Shown: piece after piece, positions 1 through 12,615 of the stretch | Position numbering within the stretch: the stretch's first letter is position 1 | Layout: each line of letters begins with the position of its first letter | From: Camelus ferus | Lineage: Eukaryota | Assembly: GCF_009834535.1 (NCBI RefSeq) | Contig: NC_045717.1 | Coordinates: forward strand, 22,878,001-22,942,000 | Length of the DNA: 64,000 bases | Direction: 5' to 3' | Notes under the pieces: generated by a model | Told to the model about the DNA's origin: nothing | The model's input: the letters and a program-made list of their open reading frames with translations, nothing else | Database searches by the model: none | Made by a program: the position numbers and the translations under genes

Positions 1-124
1 AGCAGCTCTCTTTAACTGAGATGATACACTGAGTTCAAAGAGGCAGTCACTTGCTCCAAGTCTGTGAGGGTTATTAGCCTGCTTGCTCTCAGGTCTTCTC
101 CCTGCCTCTCCTTTTGCTTTGCTC

Positions 125-545
125 TGTATCGAAGGGAACTACATTTCCCAGGTGCCTTTGCACCCTGGCTTCCGGGTAGTTTCAGCCAATGGGAGGCCCA
201 GGCAGGAGATCAGAGGGCGGGAGGAAGAGAGAAGCCAGGGTACTTCTCCCTCTTCTGCTCGGCCTCTCCGCCAGCAAATATAACTGCTCTGTGTTCTTAG
301 CTCCCAGAAGTCAGCGCTTGCCCAGAGATCTAGCTCCCTTTAAATGGTTCTGGTCCCTGGGCCCTGGTCACACCACCTCCTCCTATTGTTTCTCCAGCCT
401 AGTGGCTAATCTCTGGGTAGCCTTAGTGTCACCCAGCTGTCTTCTCAGCAACTCCATCATCCGCTAACCAATTCCCTGAATTAAATTCTCTCTGTTTGAA
501 AGACCTAAGATGATTTCTATTTTCTGGGCTGAACCCTGACCAGGG
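125..545 (+). mobile_element. ERVL LTR (LTR33-like)
   Basis: ACTACATTTCCCAG...AGCCAATGGGAGG...GAAGCCAGGGTA 5' part and ...TCTCTGTTTGAAAGACCTAAG...CCCTGAC 3' part. Family assigned from memory. Confidence 0.55.
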
Positions 546-764
546 GAACCAAAAATTTAAATCCAAGACTATCTTCATAACCACTTGAAAAGCTCATATG
601 CCCTGCCTACCCCAAAGAGGCAATATCCCTATAGGTTTTGTGGACTGGCCACTTGGGTTCAAATCCCAGGATAGCTCCTTATTCAACTAGGCATTATTCA
701 CTGGGTTACTAAACTTTCCATGTTTCTTTTTCCTCATCTGTGAAATTAGGATAATATCAGGTAA

Positions 765-1320
765 TAGGTTGGGCTTTCCAAAGATGGCTATAAAAATATT
801 ATCTATTCAGGATGCCCTTCTGCAGTGTGACTTGTTACACCCCTTGAGTTTGATTCCCCTCCCCTTGAATCTAGGCTGGTCTTAGGGACTTGCTTGTCCC
901 TGAGAATGCAGTCAGGTGGCACCGTATGATTTCTAAGTAGGTCAGAAAAAACCCTCCATCTTCCGCTTTGGTCTCTTGAGAAACACTTGCTCTCTCTTTC
1001 TCTCTCTCCACACTCCTTCTCCAAAAGCCAGTAACCATGTTGGGAGGGAGCCCAAGCCACATGGAGAGGTTCCTGGCTGGTGCTCCAGGCAGTAGCCTCA
1101 AATCATCCCAGTCCAGGCACCCCACAGGCGAGTAAAGAATCCTCCAGGTGATTCCAGCCCCCAGACATTCCAGGTTTCTCATCACGGAGCTGGCAAACCG
1201 TCATCACCGTGGCCTGCCTGAATTCCAAACTCACAGAACCTGTGAGGAGGACAACGCAGTGGTCATCTTGCATCGCTGAGTCGGGGCCGGTTTGCTTCAC
1301 GGTTAACAGATCACCAAAAC
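765..1320 (+). mobile_element. MaLR LTR (MLT1F-like)
   Basis: CCAAAGATGGC..., CCCTTGAATCTAGGCTGG, CCATGTTGGGAGGGAGCCCAAG, GAATTCCAAACTCACAGAAC. Confidence 0.6.
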
Positions 1321-1884
1321 ACGAACGTACCTACTCCATGGATTTGCTGAGAAAATCAAATGAGTTCATAAGTAAGTATTTAGAACAGCTCTTGCAGGTA
1401 GGAAGTGCTCAATAAATGGGCCCTCTTTCTGTTGTTATTCATTATGCTCTCTGAATCAATTCCCACCTGTGTCACTAACACTGCTCTTTTCAAAGTATCA
1501 AGACCTGGATGTGGATGCACTTTCCTCTTTGGGCCTCTTGGCATTACGCCCTTCTGGCTTTCCTCCCAGGTCACTGGATTTCCTTCTGACATCTTTGCTG
1601 TTTCTTTTTCCTCTCCTTAATCTCTCTAAGCTGTTGCACCCTAGGGCCCAACCCTCAGACTCCTTTTCTTCTCTCTTCCCTCCCAGAATGATTTCATCCA
1701 CGCCCACGGAGGTATTTACCCATCACTCACAGCTACTGTCCGCAGCACTTCGCAACGTTATGGCTGTTAACTCATTTAATTCTGTCACAGCCCTATAAGG
1801 TAGGCACTATCCTTATCTCCATTTGAAAGAGGGGAAATTGAGTCAAGGATAGGTTTAGCAACTCATCCAAGATCCCACGGTCAT

Positions 1885-2134
1885 GACTGGCCCCCAGACC
1901 CCCAGGCAACTGGAGTCCACTGTCCTCAAACAGGGGGAACTTTGGGCAAGAGCTGTTTTCAGGGAGCCGAGACCACCGAGGAGGTGTATCTGCCACTGGA
2001 GAGGCAGAGCAAGAGAGGGAGAAATACCCTGGCTTCTCTCTTCCTCCAGCGGCTGGTCTGCTTCTTGCACCTCCCATTGGCTGAAACTACCTGGAGGCCA
2101 GGTTGCAAGGGCACTTGGGAAATGTAGTTCCCTT
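1885..2134 (-). mobile_element. Second LTR33-like fragment, inverted relative to 125-545
   Basis: Reverse complement aligns with 132-252. Confidence 0.6.
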
Positions 2135-2135
2135 T

Positions 2136-2334
2136 CTCAGCCTCAGCACTACTGATAGTTGGGCAGCTATCCTGGGCATGAGAGGACACTCAGCAGCAGC
2201 CCTGGGCTCTACGCACTTGATGCCAGGAGCACACCACCCCCTGCAGTTGTGACAATGACAAACGTCTCCAGGTATTGCCAAATGTCCCCTGGGAGAACAG
2301 AGCTGCTCCCCCCACCCCCAGTTAAGAACCGCTG
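2136..2334 (-). mobile_element. MER20 (hAT-Charlie non-autonomous)
   Basis: TTGATGCCAG...GTTGTGACAA...TGCCAAATGTCCCCTGGG...AGAACCGCTG. Confidence 0.8.
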
Positions 2335-3045
2335 TGCTGACCACCATGCTGGGCTTTCTTCCATCTCTAATATCACATGGCCAATCGGAACCCCCCAAAA
2401 CCTGTTCCTCCCCCAGCCTTCCCACCTCAGCAAATGATAGCCCCCCTCACGCAGGTCCTTAAGCTAAATACTTAGACATTGTCTGGCCTCCTTTCATTCA
2501 CTCCCAGCCCTCCCCCTCATCCAATCTGTCAGCAAGGCTGATCAGCCCAACCAGCAGAATGTGAGCTGGATCTATTGCCCTCAGCCCCTAGTCTGAGCCA
2601 CCATCACTCTTCCCTGGGACACCTTCATCAGCCTCCTCTTCCCAGGTCCCCTTGCTGCCACCTCTATTGCCCTTAGAGTCTGGTCCCCACGGAGCAGCTT
2701 AAAACCTTCCAAGGACTCCCCATCCCATTTAAGTTCCACACACATACCCACAGCCACGCTAAGGAAGTACCTTCCTCTCAAGCCTCATTTCCCTCCACTC
2801 TCCCTTCACTCCCTCACCACTGACCAGTGGATGCTTCAGTCCCATCCTGCTGCCACAGGGCCTTTGCACAGCCTTTGCTCTCCCTGCCCCATGCTTCCCA
2901 GAGCTGGTTCCTCATCTTTCAGCTCTCAGCTTTCCTTGAACACCCTGCAGAAGCCTGTCCCATTTGTTCTTCTCCATCCTGACCCTTGGTTTATTCTGTC
3001 TGCAGCATTTCCTACAATGTTTTATTGCTTTGCCTGTTTCCTGTC

Positions 3046-3460
3046 TGTAGCAGGTTGAATGGCAGTCCCTGAAAAGATATGTCCGCATCAGATCTCTGGC
3101 ACCAGTGAATATGACATTATTTGGGGGGAAAAAAGGACTTTGAAAGACATCACTAAAGATGTCAAGATAAGGAGATCATTCTGGACTGTGAGACACACAC
3201 ACAGAGACAGACACAGAGGACACAGCCAAGTGACGATGGAGGCCGAGGCAGGAGTGAGGCAGGCTCAAGCCAAGGAATGCATGGAGCCAGCAGAAGCTGG
3301 CAGAGGCCAGGACAGATTCTCCCCTGCAGCCTGGAGATGGAGAAAGACACTGCCAACACCTCGGTTTCAACCCTGACTCCAGAACTGTGAAACAATATAT
3401 CCGTTGTTGCAAGCCACCAGTTTTTGAGACTGTGTGACAGCAGCCACAGGAAACAGAACA
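3046..3460 (+). mobile_element. MaLR LTR (MLT1B/C-like)
   Basis: TGTAGCAGGTTGAAT start, CAAGCCAAGGAATGC, CCAGCAGAAGCTGG, CAGAACTGTGA, ACAGCAGCCACAGGAAAC end. Confidence 0.8.
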
Positions 3461-3689
3461 CAGGCAGCCTTCCCTCCCACGAGGCCATGTGCCCAGGAGA
3501 GCAGAACCCATATCTGCGATGTTCCTCCCCATAACCCCAGCCTCAGCACAGCGCCCATTGCTGATAACAAAATAAAGGAATAGTCTGACTTGAAGATGCT
3601 CTTAATTTCTTCATCCCAGCCGGAAATTGTTCATTTCTCTTTAGGTTCCTCCCCATCCCCCGGAGATAGGAGGCTCACTCCCTTCAGAA

Positions 3690-3900
3690 CAGCGGTTCTC
3701 TCGCGGCACTTCTGCCCTCCAGGGGACATGTGGCAGTGGCTGGGGACATTTCATTGTCACTGTTCCGGGGGGAGGGATGCTGCTGGTATCGAGTAGGTAG
3801 AGGCCAGGGCTGCTGCCCAACATCCTACAAGGCACAGGAAAGCCCTCAGGACAGAGAATGAAACCTCACATTTCAGCAGTGCTGATGCTGAGAAACTCAG
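3690..3900 (+). mobile_element. MER20
   Basis: CAGCGGTTCTC...CCAGGGGACA...GTAGAGGCCAGGG...CATCCTACAAGGCACAGGA...GAGAAAC. Confidence 0.8.
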
Positions 3901-5329
3901 GACTAAACTTAGTACTTAATGCCCATAGGACAATGATTGCCTCCTGAATCTATTCCTCTTCTTCCAGTAGCAGTCCCTCAGTTTCCCCTGAAACAGCACC
4001 TCCCCCCAGTCTGGTTCCTTTGGGTAGAGGCGACTCCACCCCCAACTCCAGAAATGGCACGAGACCTGGCCTGGGAGGCCAAGTATCCTCCCCACCACAG
4101 CAGTTGGTTCAGGATTAGCTATGCTTCCCCACCTCCCCACTAAAAAAACTCACGTCCAATAAAAGACAGATTTTAAATTTAGAGGCCATGTAATTAACCC
4201 TCCCATTTCCCACTGGACACAGAATTGTGGGAACAAAAATTGGGAGCATCTAGGACCTCTTGTCTGCCTCCATGACGGTAAAGAATGACTGAGAATGGAG
4301 GAAAACATTCCAACGAAAGTGGAGTTAAGAGATAGAAGGCAGGGATAGGAGGGGAGGGCCTCTGAGATATTGTCTGAACTCCTGGATACAGCTGGACCTG
4401 AAGGCATTTTCTCCTACATCTTTCAGTTATGTGCGGTAATAAATACTATTTCTGACCAAGCTGGTTTCGGTTGGGTTTCTGTCACAAGATCTAAGATTCT
4501 TGCTTGAAACTTCTGCAGACTAAGCTCAGAATTTCCTCAAATCTTAAACTTCTCCAACTGAACATCCTTTATTTCTTCCACTGTTCCCCAAGGGACCTGA
4601 CTCCCATGCTCCTCTTAAAGCCCAGGCCTCAGAACATCATCCCTGAAATCAAAGAGGCGTGGCCCATCTCTGCAATGTGGTGAGATCTTCAGAAGCCCAA
4701 CAATGCCCACCCAACACACCCTCCGATCCTGCCCACTTCCTGGCACCATTAGTGTTAGCAAAGGAGACACATGTGTTACTCTGCGCTGTAACTGCCCATT
4801 TCCTCATCTATTTCCATGAGCTGCAGGAAGGTCTCTGGCTCATTCACTGCGGGTTCTCCATCACCAAGTGCGTGGAACTAGCACAAAGAAGTGTCTGCGA
4901 GGTGGTGGTAGAATCATCATTATTGTTACTGTTGCTATTATGACCATCATTTGCCCCATTTTACCAATGAGAAAACCAAAAGGGAGAAGCCTAAACACTT
5001 GCTCGAAGTCACATGACTAGGAACAGGTAGAGACAGGTGATCTCAGGCACTCCACCTCGACCTCGGCTCACCAGCTACCACCTGCCCATAACGAAAGAGC
5101 GCTCGGCAAATACGGACTGAATCAGAGATGAGCCAGCAAGCGCTGTAAGGAGGCAGACAGTACGTTTCTTTGACTTCGCAGGTCACGGGGTCTCTGTCGT
5201 GACTGCTCACGGAGAGAAAGCAGCCGTGGGCAGCGTGTCAGCAACCCATGTGCCAGTTACATTTGTTTACAAAAAGAGGCAGTCAGCCCCCAGTTCTAGT
5301 GTGCTGACCCCTTATTAAATGACCGCATG

Positions 5330-5900
5330 AGTGAAGTGACTATTTGAATATTTACTGAGCCCCTACTGTGTGACGGGTGCTGTTCTAGGCACCGAGGACA
5401 CAGTTGTGAACCAAATAGACAAAAAGCATTGCCCTAATATTCCAGTTGAGGGAGGAGACAATTAGTAACTAAGTAAAAACTGTGAAACAAGGCAGAGAAC
5501 GGAAGGTGTGCGTGTGCGGAGTGGGGGCGGGAGGTGCGATTTTACATATGGAAACCAGGGGAAATCTCTCTGATAGGAAGTCTGAAGAAGATAAGAGAAT
5601 AGCCAAAGTGTAGATAGGCGGGGAAGAGGGATCTGAGAAGAAAGAACATCACAGGCAAAGGCCCTGGGGTTGGATTGCACCTGGTGGGTTTAGGAACAGT
5701 GAGGAGGCCCATGTGGCTGGAGTTGCGTGAGGGAGGGGGAGAGAGGGAGGAGATGAGGGCCGAGGGGTGAGCAGAGGCCAGATACATAGGCTCTTCTGGG
5801 TCATGATGAAGATTTTGGTCTTTTGCTCCAAGGGTAGCCTGGGACGGCCGGGCGCAAGGTGAGGGACATGGGTTTCCAGCATCCTCTGTGACAGTGAACA
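5330..5900. mobile_element. L2 LINE 3' fragment
   Basis: ATTTACTGAGCCCCTACTGTGTG...GTTCTAGGCAC...GCAAAGGCCCTG...GAGGCCCATGTGGCTGGAG. Confidence 0.65.
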
Positions 5901-6894
5901 GAACAGAAAGTCATGGAAAAGAAGACACAGTGCCAAATGTTGACCCTCTGGGCTTCCGTCCCCATCAGCCCTAATGGATATGTTGAGATTAAGTCTTCCA
6001 CCCAACCCAACCCAATTCAACCCACTTGGCTGAGCTCTGCTTATACCCAGGTCCCCCTGCCCCCAGCTGAATCCTGCCCCCATGGCTTTGGTCCAGGTCC
6101 TCCTCATTCCTCATCCCCCTGAAGTTTCCTCCAAGCCAGCTCCCTCCAGACCTGCATCTCTGAAGCCAGCGAGGCATTATCCTGGGGTCCTTTGGCCCTG
6201 CCTTCTCTATATCCACCCAACCCATTTCCTTGTCCTCTCTGGCGCCCAGCTAAACTACATTCCCAGCCTGTCTTGCAGTTGGATAGAACCATGTGATGGA
6301 GTTTTGGGCAACAGAACAGAGGTGATAATGCCATGTCTGGGCCTGGGCCATGAAAACCTCCCAGGGTTTCACCCCTCACAACTCCCTCCTCGCCCTCTGG
6401 CTGAATACAGGACTCCAAGGACGTCGGGGAGGGTGGTGCTATGGGATGGAAGGAGCCCAGGTCCTGTGGGGACTTTGTAAGGAGGGCTTCCCCCTTAATC
6501 CCTCAGCTGACCCAAACTGGATGTGATATAAGCAAGGAGCAAACTCTTGAAAGTCACTGAAGCAATGTAGTTTGTTACAGCAGCTAACATGACGCATCCT
6601 GACCTATACCACACCCTACAGGCAGCTCAGACCCACTGAAATCAAATGAACAAAAAGAATGACTCCCATTAATTTAGCTTTTGTTGTACATCAATCATAC
6701 CTCAATCTGCCAATCACCATGATAGGAATTTAACTCAGCTTATCACATTGAACCCTCATACAACCCTGAGATAAAGGTGCTGTGATATCTACATTTTAGA
6801 GATAAGATAACCAGGGCTCAGATGGGTTAAGTAATTTTTTTCCTCTCCAAGATCACAGTGCTAGTAAGTATCTGACTTGAAACTCAAAGCAGTC

Positions 6895-7320
6895 TAATAT
6901 ATAAAGAGTTCCTAAAAATCAATAAGAAAAAAAAGGCCCACAGTGCCAGAAGGAAAAAAATAATGGGCAAAGGATATGAACAATTATTATTTTGCAGGGG
7001 GAAAATATAAATAGCTCTTCAACATAAGAAAAGAGGCTCCACCTCACTCAGAATAAAAGAAATATAAACTGAGCCATAATGAGGTCTTTTTATCACCCAT
7101 CAATTTGGCATAAATCCAAAAGCTTAACAACAGAACTGTCTGCCGGCGAGGCAATGGAGTGAAAAAAGCACTCTCAGACATTGCTAATGGTAGTGTAATT
7201 GGAACAAGTCATCTGGGAACAATCCCATACAAAGAACAATTTGACAAGACTTACCAAAAACACAGACTCACCCGCTTTGAGCCAGCAAACCCTTCAGAGA
7301 ATTTATCACGTGGGTATCCT
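6895..7320 (+). mobile_element. Old L1 (L1M) ORF2 3' fragment
   Basis: TATAAAGAGTTCCTAAAAATCAATAAG...ATGGGCAAAGGATATGAAC...CACCTCACTCA. Confidence 0.65.
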
Positions 7321-7682
7321 TGCTCATGTGTACGGCCACAGTGATAACACTTACATGTAGCTAGGCACTTTCCTAGGTTCTTGATAGTAACTCATTTATC
7401 CTTCACCACAATGCTTTCATTTCAGATGGAGATTTATTATCTCCATTTTACAGGTGAAGAAACAGAAGCACAGAGAGGTTAAGGAACATGGCCAAGGTCA
7501 CACAATGAAGGAGCTGCAAAAAGGTTCACGGACAAGGTTATTGATTGCAGTAAGTTTGTCAGAACAAAAGCCTGGCGCAGACTAAGTGCCCATCAGTGGG
7601 GGTAATGGTAAAATAAGTGTTTGCCCAGCCATGTGATGGAATAGAGCTCAGAGCAGCTGTTAAGAGCAGGGATCCTGGAGTG

Positions 7683-8026
7683 GAGTGAGGGCAGAGCTCA
7701 GTGGTAGGGTCATGCTCAGCATGCACCAGGTCCTGGGTCCAACCCCCAGTGCCCCAATCAAATAAAGAAATAAACAAACAAACAAACAAACCTAATTGCC
7801 CCCCACCCACACAAAAATAAATAAATAAATAACAAGAATAAGAGGGGAGAGTGTAGCTTAAGCAGTAGAGCGCATGCTTAGCATACGCAAGGTCCTGGGT
7901 TCCATCCCCAGTATCTCTTCTAAAAATAAATAAATAAATAAGCCTAATTACTTCCCCTCTAAGTAAAGTGAATAAATAAGAAGTGCAAAGTGCAAACCAT
8001 TAAAAAAAAAAAAAAAAAAAAAAAGG
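7683..8026 (+). mobile_element. Two tandem camelid tRNA-derived SINEs (Vic-1 type) inside a MIR
   Basis: Two units with A box (AGCTCAGTGGTAG / AGCTTAAGCAGTAG), B box (GGTCCTGGGTTC..ATCCCCAGT) and AAATAAA...CCTAATT tails. Confidence 0.85.
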
Positions 8027-8221
8027 AATAGAGATCCTGGGACCAAGCTGCCTGGTTCAAATTCAACTCTGTCACTTTCAAGTTAGGTGCCCTGGGGCAA
8101 GTGACTTAACTTCCCTGCGTCTCAGTTTCCCCATGTGCAATACGGTGCTGATGGTACTACCTACATCGTAGGCTGTTCTGAGGATGGCACGAGTTAGTCT
8201 GTGGAAAGCCTTTGGACCGGG

Positions 8222-8439
8222 GGTGGGGGGAACTTTTCCTACAAAGGTCTGGATAGTAAGCATCTTCAGCTTCACCAGCCAAACACTCCCTGCGGCAATT
8301 AGCTGTACTGTTGTCATGGGAAATCAGCCAGAGACAAAGCATAAATGAATGGGTGTGGCTGTGTGCCAATAAAACTTTATTTATAAAATGTGCTATGGTC
8401 CAGATTCGGCCCTCCCGCTGTAGGTTGCCAGCCCCCAGT
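8222..8439 (+). mobile_element. MER58A (hAT-Charlie)
   Basis: GATAGTAAG...GGGTGTGGCTGTGTGCCAATAAAACTTTATTTATAAAA. Confidence 0.75.
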
Positions 8440-8875
8440 TTAGACGAATGCCTCGCACCCAGTGGGCACAATGTAAATAGTTTGTTAAATCAATGGACAA
8501 TCTGAAATATCATGCAGTCATTTTTTTCCAAAGAATGCAAGCAATCTCTATGTATTGATTTCAAAAGATGCCCAAGACAGTTATTAAAGTGAGGGTATAA
8601 AGCAGTGGGTGGTACGTGCCGTCTTTCCTGGTAAGGGCAGAGTGTAGTTAGCAAGAACCTAAATTCCTATTTGCATAAATATATACAGTCAACTTAAAAA
8701 AAAAAATGGGTAGTTACTACGGGGGAGGGTAAGACGGGGTATCTGAGGGTGAGGGCTAAAAGTTACATTTTACCCTATGCACTTTTTTATGTTTTAATTT
8801 TTGAATGATCCACGTGTATCATTTAACCAAAGAGTTAAATATTTTAAAGCTTCTACCAGGCTGTCTGTGCCCTAG

Positions 8876-9077
8876 CATGGGGCTCTTCAACCTCAGCCCT
8901 GTTGACATTGGGCAGGCTAATTCTCAGTTGTGTGTGAAATTGTAGGATATTGAACAGCATCCCTGGCCTCTATCCGCTAGATGCCAGTAGCAGCTCCCAG
9001 ATGTGACAACACAGACTATCTCCAGACATCGCCAAGTGTCCCCTGGGGAGCAAAACCACCCCAGCTGAGAACCACTG
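8876..9077 (-). mobile_element. MER20
   Basis: CAGCATCCCTGGCCTCTATCCGCTAGATGCCAGTAGC...TCTCCAGACATCGCCAAG...GAGAACCACTG. Confidence 0.85.
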
Positions 9078-12000
9078 TCCTAAACCCAAATCCTACAGGC
9101 TGTGCTGAGCTGCCAAACCTCGCACAATCCCACATCTTTCCTAAAAAGACTTTTCAGCAAGGGTTTATCGGGTGTCAACACTGCACTGAGCAGTGCTGAA
9201 ATATTACAATGGTCCTCCCCAGAGAGATGCCATTTTTATCCACCCTTCACTGATGGGGAAACAGGCTCAGAGAGGTGAAGCCAGGAAGTGGAGCTGCTAG
9301 GATTTGAACCCAGGTCTGGCTCCTCCAAGCCATGGCCCATCCTGTTCTGACTCTCCCACCCTCTCCCTTCCCCACCTCTGCCAGTGGCACCAGCCTTTAT
9401 GGGCTGGGGACCCTGACATCCTCTTGGCCCCAGTGACCGCTCCCAACCCAAGTCTAATCGGCTCGCCCGTCCTGGTGATCTTTCCCACAATGACTGTCAC
9501 ATTCGTTTCTTCCTCTCCACTCCCTTGGCCTTCAAGTTTCATCTCTGCAACTCAGAATTTGGGCTCCCAGAGAGAGTGGAGGAGAGAATGATGGTGTCTG
9601 GTCATCACCGCGGCCACCTCTGGTGATACCATCGTCTCTCTGGGTCTCAGATCTCAGAGGGCCTGACCAGCTTGGAGATTCACTGCAATCTAACCTCGCC
9701 CGTGACCCATTGCCGCCAGCCAGGCCCCTGCAGCACGGTGCAGACTACGTGGGAACTGACCAGTTCTCCTCCCAGGGCCTTGGCACTGGCAGTGCCCCTG
9801 CCAGGAGCGCAGTTTCCTCAGATTCACATGGTTCATTCCCTCAGTTTGCCGGAGTCTCCTCTCAAATGTCACCAGGCCTCTGGTGCAAGAGTGCAACCTC
9901 GTACTCCCAAGCCCCTTTCTCCAGAACACGTACCATCTCTGACAATTTATGTTTCCTTATTTGCCCACTGTCCGTGTCTCCCACTAGAATGCAGCCTCCT
10001 TAACACAGGGGTTTGTATGTGTCTTGTTCTCGCTGTTTTGGCACCAAGAAGAGGCCGGGCATACATTGTAACTGTTGATGAATGAATGAATGAATGAATG
10101 AACATTCTCTTCCCACCCTCAACCCAGGAAATAACTGAGCAAAAGCAGAGCAACTCCGAAGAGGAAATGAGAGAAACTGGGAAGCACCCCAAGTCCAGCC
10201 TCCACACCCTTATTTATGCCATTCCCCCAATGGGAGCACCCTCCCTTCTCTTTCCCCACCCTTCCACATCCCCAGCGGTTCATGGTCCAGGCTTAAATCT
10301 ATTTACAAATAGGGACTTTCAAACCTATAGAAGCTGTTCTTGTGGACCCTCCCTCCGGCTCAGTGTGACCACCTTTTAGCTTTCCACACACGGCCCCACT
10401 GTGAAGGGGCACAGGGCTGAGCTTTGAAGGGAGACAAAATGCACAGGGCAAAAGATCCAGAGCTCCCAGATGAGGAAGATCACGCCTGCCTAGTGTGGGA
10501 CCTGATACAGCTAGGTGCCGGAAGCCAGAGCAACAAGAAAACTCCTACTCACTCATCAAAACCCAGCGTAAATGTCCCCTCTGTCATAAAGCCTGACTCC
10601 CCCAGGCAAGGTCTTGCCTTTGCTCCAGGCCCCCGCCCAGGGGTTTCTTCCTCTGCCCCAGGCCTGACAACACGGGGCTGGGGGATATCTGTCTCCTCGA
10701 GTCTGGGAGCATCTTGAGCGTCAGACGCAGGCCAGGGTCCTCAGCATTGCCCAGCACAGAAAATCAAGACACATTAATCCCTGCAGCAGTCCTCCTAGAG
10801 ATTAATGCCAGGTCCCCTTGCGCTTCATCAGAGAGCCAGCTGTAGGGAAGATGCCAGCAGGGATGGAAGTTCATCCTTAAGTCTATCCACCTTCCCATTA
10901 GCTGCTATTGAAGCCTCACAGAATCTTGACTGCTTGCAGGTCTGACACCTGAAGGGTCTGATGGCTACTTCCTTATAAGCTGGACGCCAGAAGGAGGAAA
11001 AAAATGTAGGCGAATTTGGGATGGCCTGTGGCCAGAGCAGCTGGCCATGGGGGGAGGGGGCCTCTGGGGTTCCCTCATTCTCTCAGGAAGCCTGCCTGAG
11101 CTAGGGGAGGATGGGCCACGCACCTCTCTTATGCATGGCCCTGTCCCCAAGAGACACCCTCAGGGACCCCTCCCTGAGCAGCTACTTCCCCTCCCCCCAT
11201 TCGCACGTGGCACCTCAGACCAGGGAGAAGGCAATGCCCCACTAGCCCGCGGCTCTTCCAGACAAGGCTTTCGTCCAGGGGTAGAGCCTGCGGGCTAGAT
11301 GGCCAGTGTGCCTTCGGACCTCCAGGGCAGGCAAGGCGCCCCTAACTGCCAGCCATCAGCCGACATCACTTCCACCCAGCACTCCGGAGGCCATAGGGAA
11401 CCAGAGAAGGTGCTACCCGGAGAGACCCAGTCAGTTTACCACCCCCACCCAACCGCATTCAAATAGGAATTTGAATATATTTCCTGAGCTGGGGGCGGCG
11501 GCAGTCAAATCCACCTCCCCCTGGAACCTCAGGCCCTTGCAGAAATCCCTACAGAGAAAAAGCAGCTATTTTTAGGATCCAAAATCCCAAGACCCTCTCT
11601 TGAGGCTCAGGGTCATGTCCTGCCTCGAGATGGCCCCTGGGATGGATGGAGCTACAGAGCCCGGAGCCCGGAGCCCACAGCCCGCCCCGCAGTCGCCCCA
11701 TGCTGCCCCAGGCCCAGGCAGGAAGCCAAGGGGAAGATGTGAGGGGAAGGAAGGGGCCCAGGCCCCGGGAGGAGGAGATGCATGTGGGGGAAGGAGTCGG
11801 AGGAGGCCCCTCCCCCAGGGCCAGAATCTTGGAGGAGGGGGGAGATGTCAAAGGAGTCAAAAGCCTCAGGTATCCTACCAGCCACCCAAGGGGTTACCAG
11901 CGCCCCTCAGGAACCCCCACAGCCCCGTCTGGGGGCTCGGTCTCCAGAGGAGTCAGCCTGGGGTTTGGGAGCGTCAGCCTCAAGTCTGCCGTTCTCAGCC

Positions 12001-12253
12001 TAAGCGTGGCTAACGGGGAGCCTATTGGCCCGTTGCCATTAACCTCGGGTGGGCCACCCCAGAATCGCTGAGTGTCACCGCCGCCGCTTCCCGGTACCTG
12101 GTGTCAGACCCAGAGTCAGGAGCAGATTCCGCTCTACGCTGCCGGCCTGGAGGCGCCGGTGCATCAGCCCCCTGGTGCCAACCTTGGAGTGGCGGCGGGG
12201 GGGTCTGCCTCTCCCCTCCCACCCTTGGGCCGGCCAGCCTGTGGCGGGCTCAC

Positions 12254-12457
12254 CTGGGACATCTGGGGACGCAGGTTGACTTCTCGCAGGTTGATGGCGT
12301 GGGGAAGGAGGTTGTTGAGCAGCTGGCAGAGCAGGACGCCATCCCGGAGGGCTTGAGCCAGCTCGCACACCTGGGCCCCATCCCAGGTCACGCGGTGGCT
12401 GGGCGGCAGGACCCGGCACTGGATCAGCCAGTGGGTGCACTGGCGCCACAGCTCCAT
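12254..12457 (-). CDS. VAV1: VAV1 proto-oncogene (Rho/Rac GEF), coding exon 1; the remaining exons lie left of the window (positions 1-12253 are intron 1)
   Basis: Translates [68 protein letters not shown] (start of the CH domain). 204 nt, followed by a GTGAGC donor. Synteny fits. Confidence 0.97.
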
Positions 12458-12487
12458 GGCCGCTGCCTTCCCGGGCCGGGCCGCGCA

Positions 12488-12615
12488 NNNNNNNNNNNNN
12501 NNNNNNNNNNNNNNNNNNNNNNNNNNNNNNNNNNNNNNNNNNNNNNNNNNNNNNNNNNNNNNNNNNNNNNNNNNNNNNNNNNNNNNNNNNNNNNNNNNNN
12601 NNNNNNNNNNNNNNN
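12488..12615. other. Assembly gap (128 N) just upstream of the VAV1 start codon
   Basis: Run of n in the sequence. Confidence 1.
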
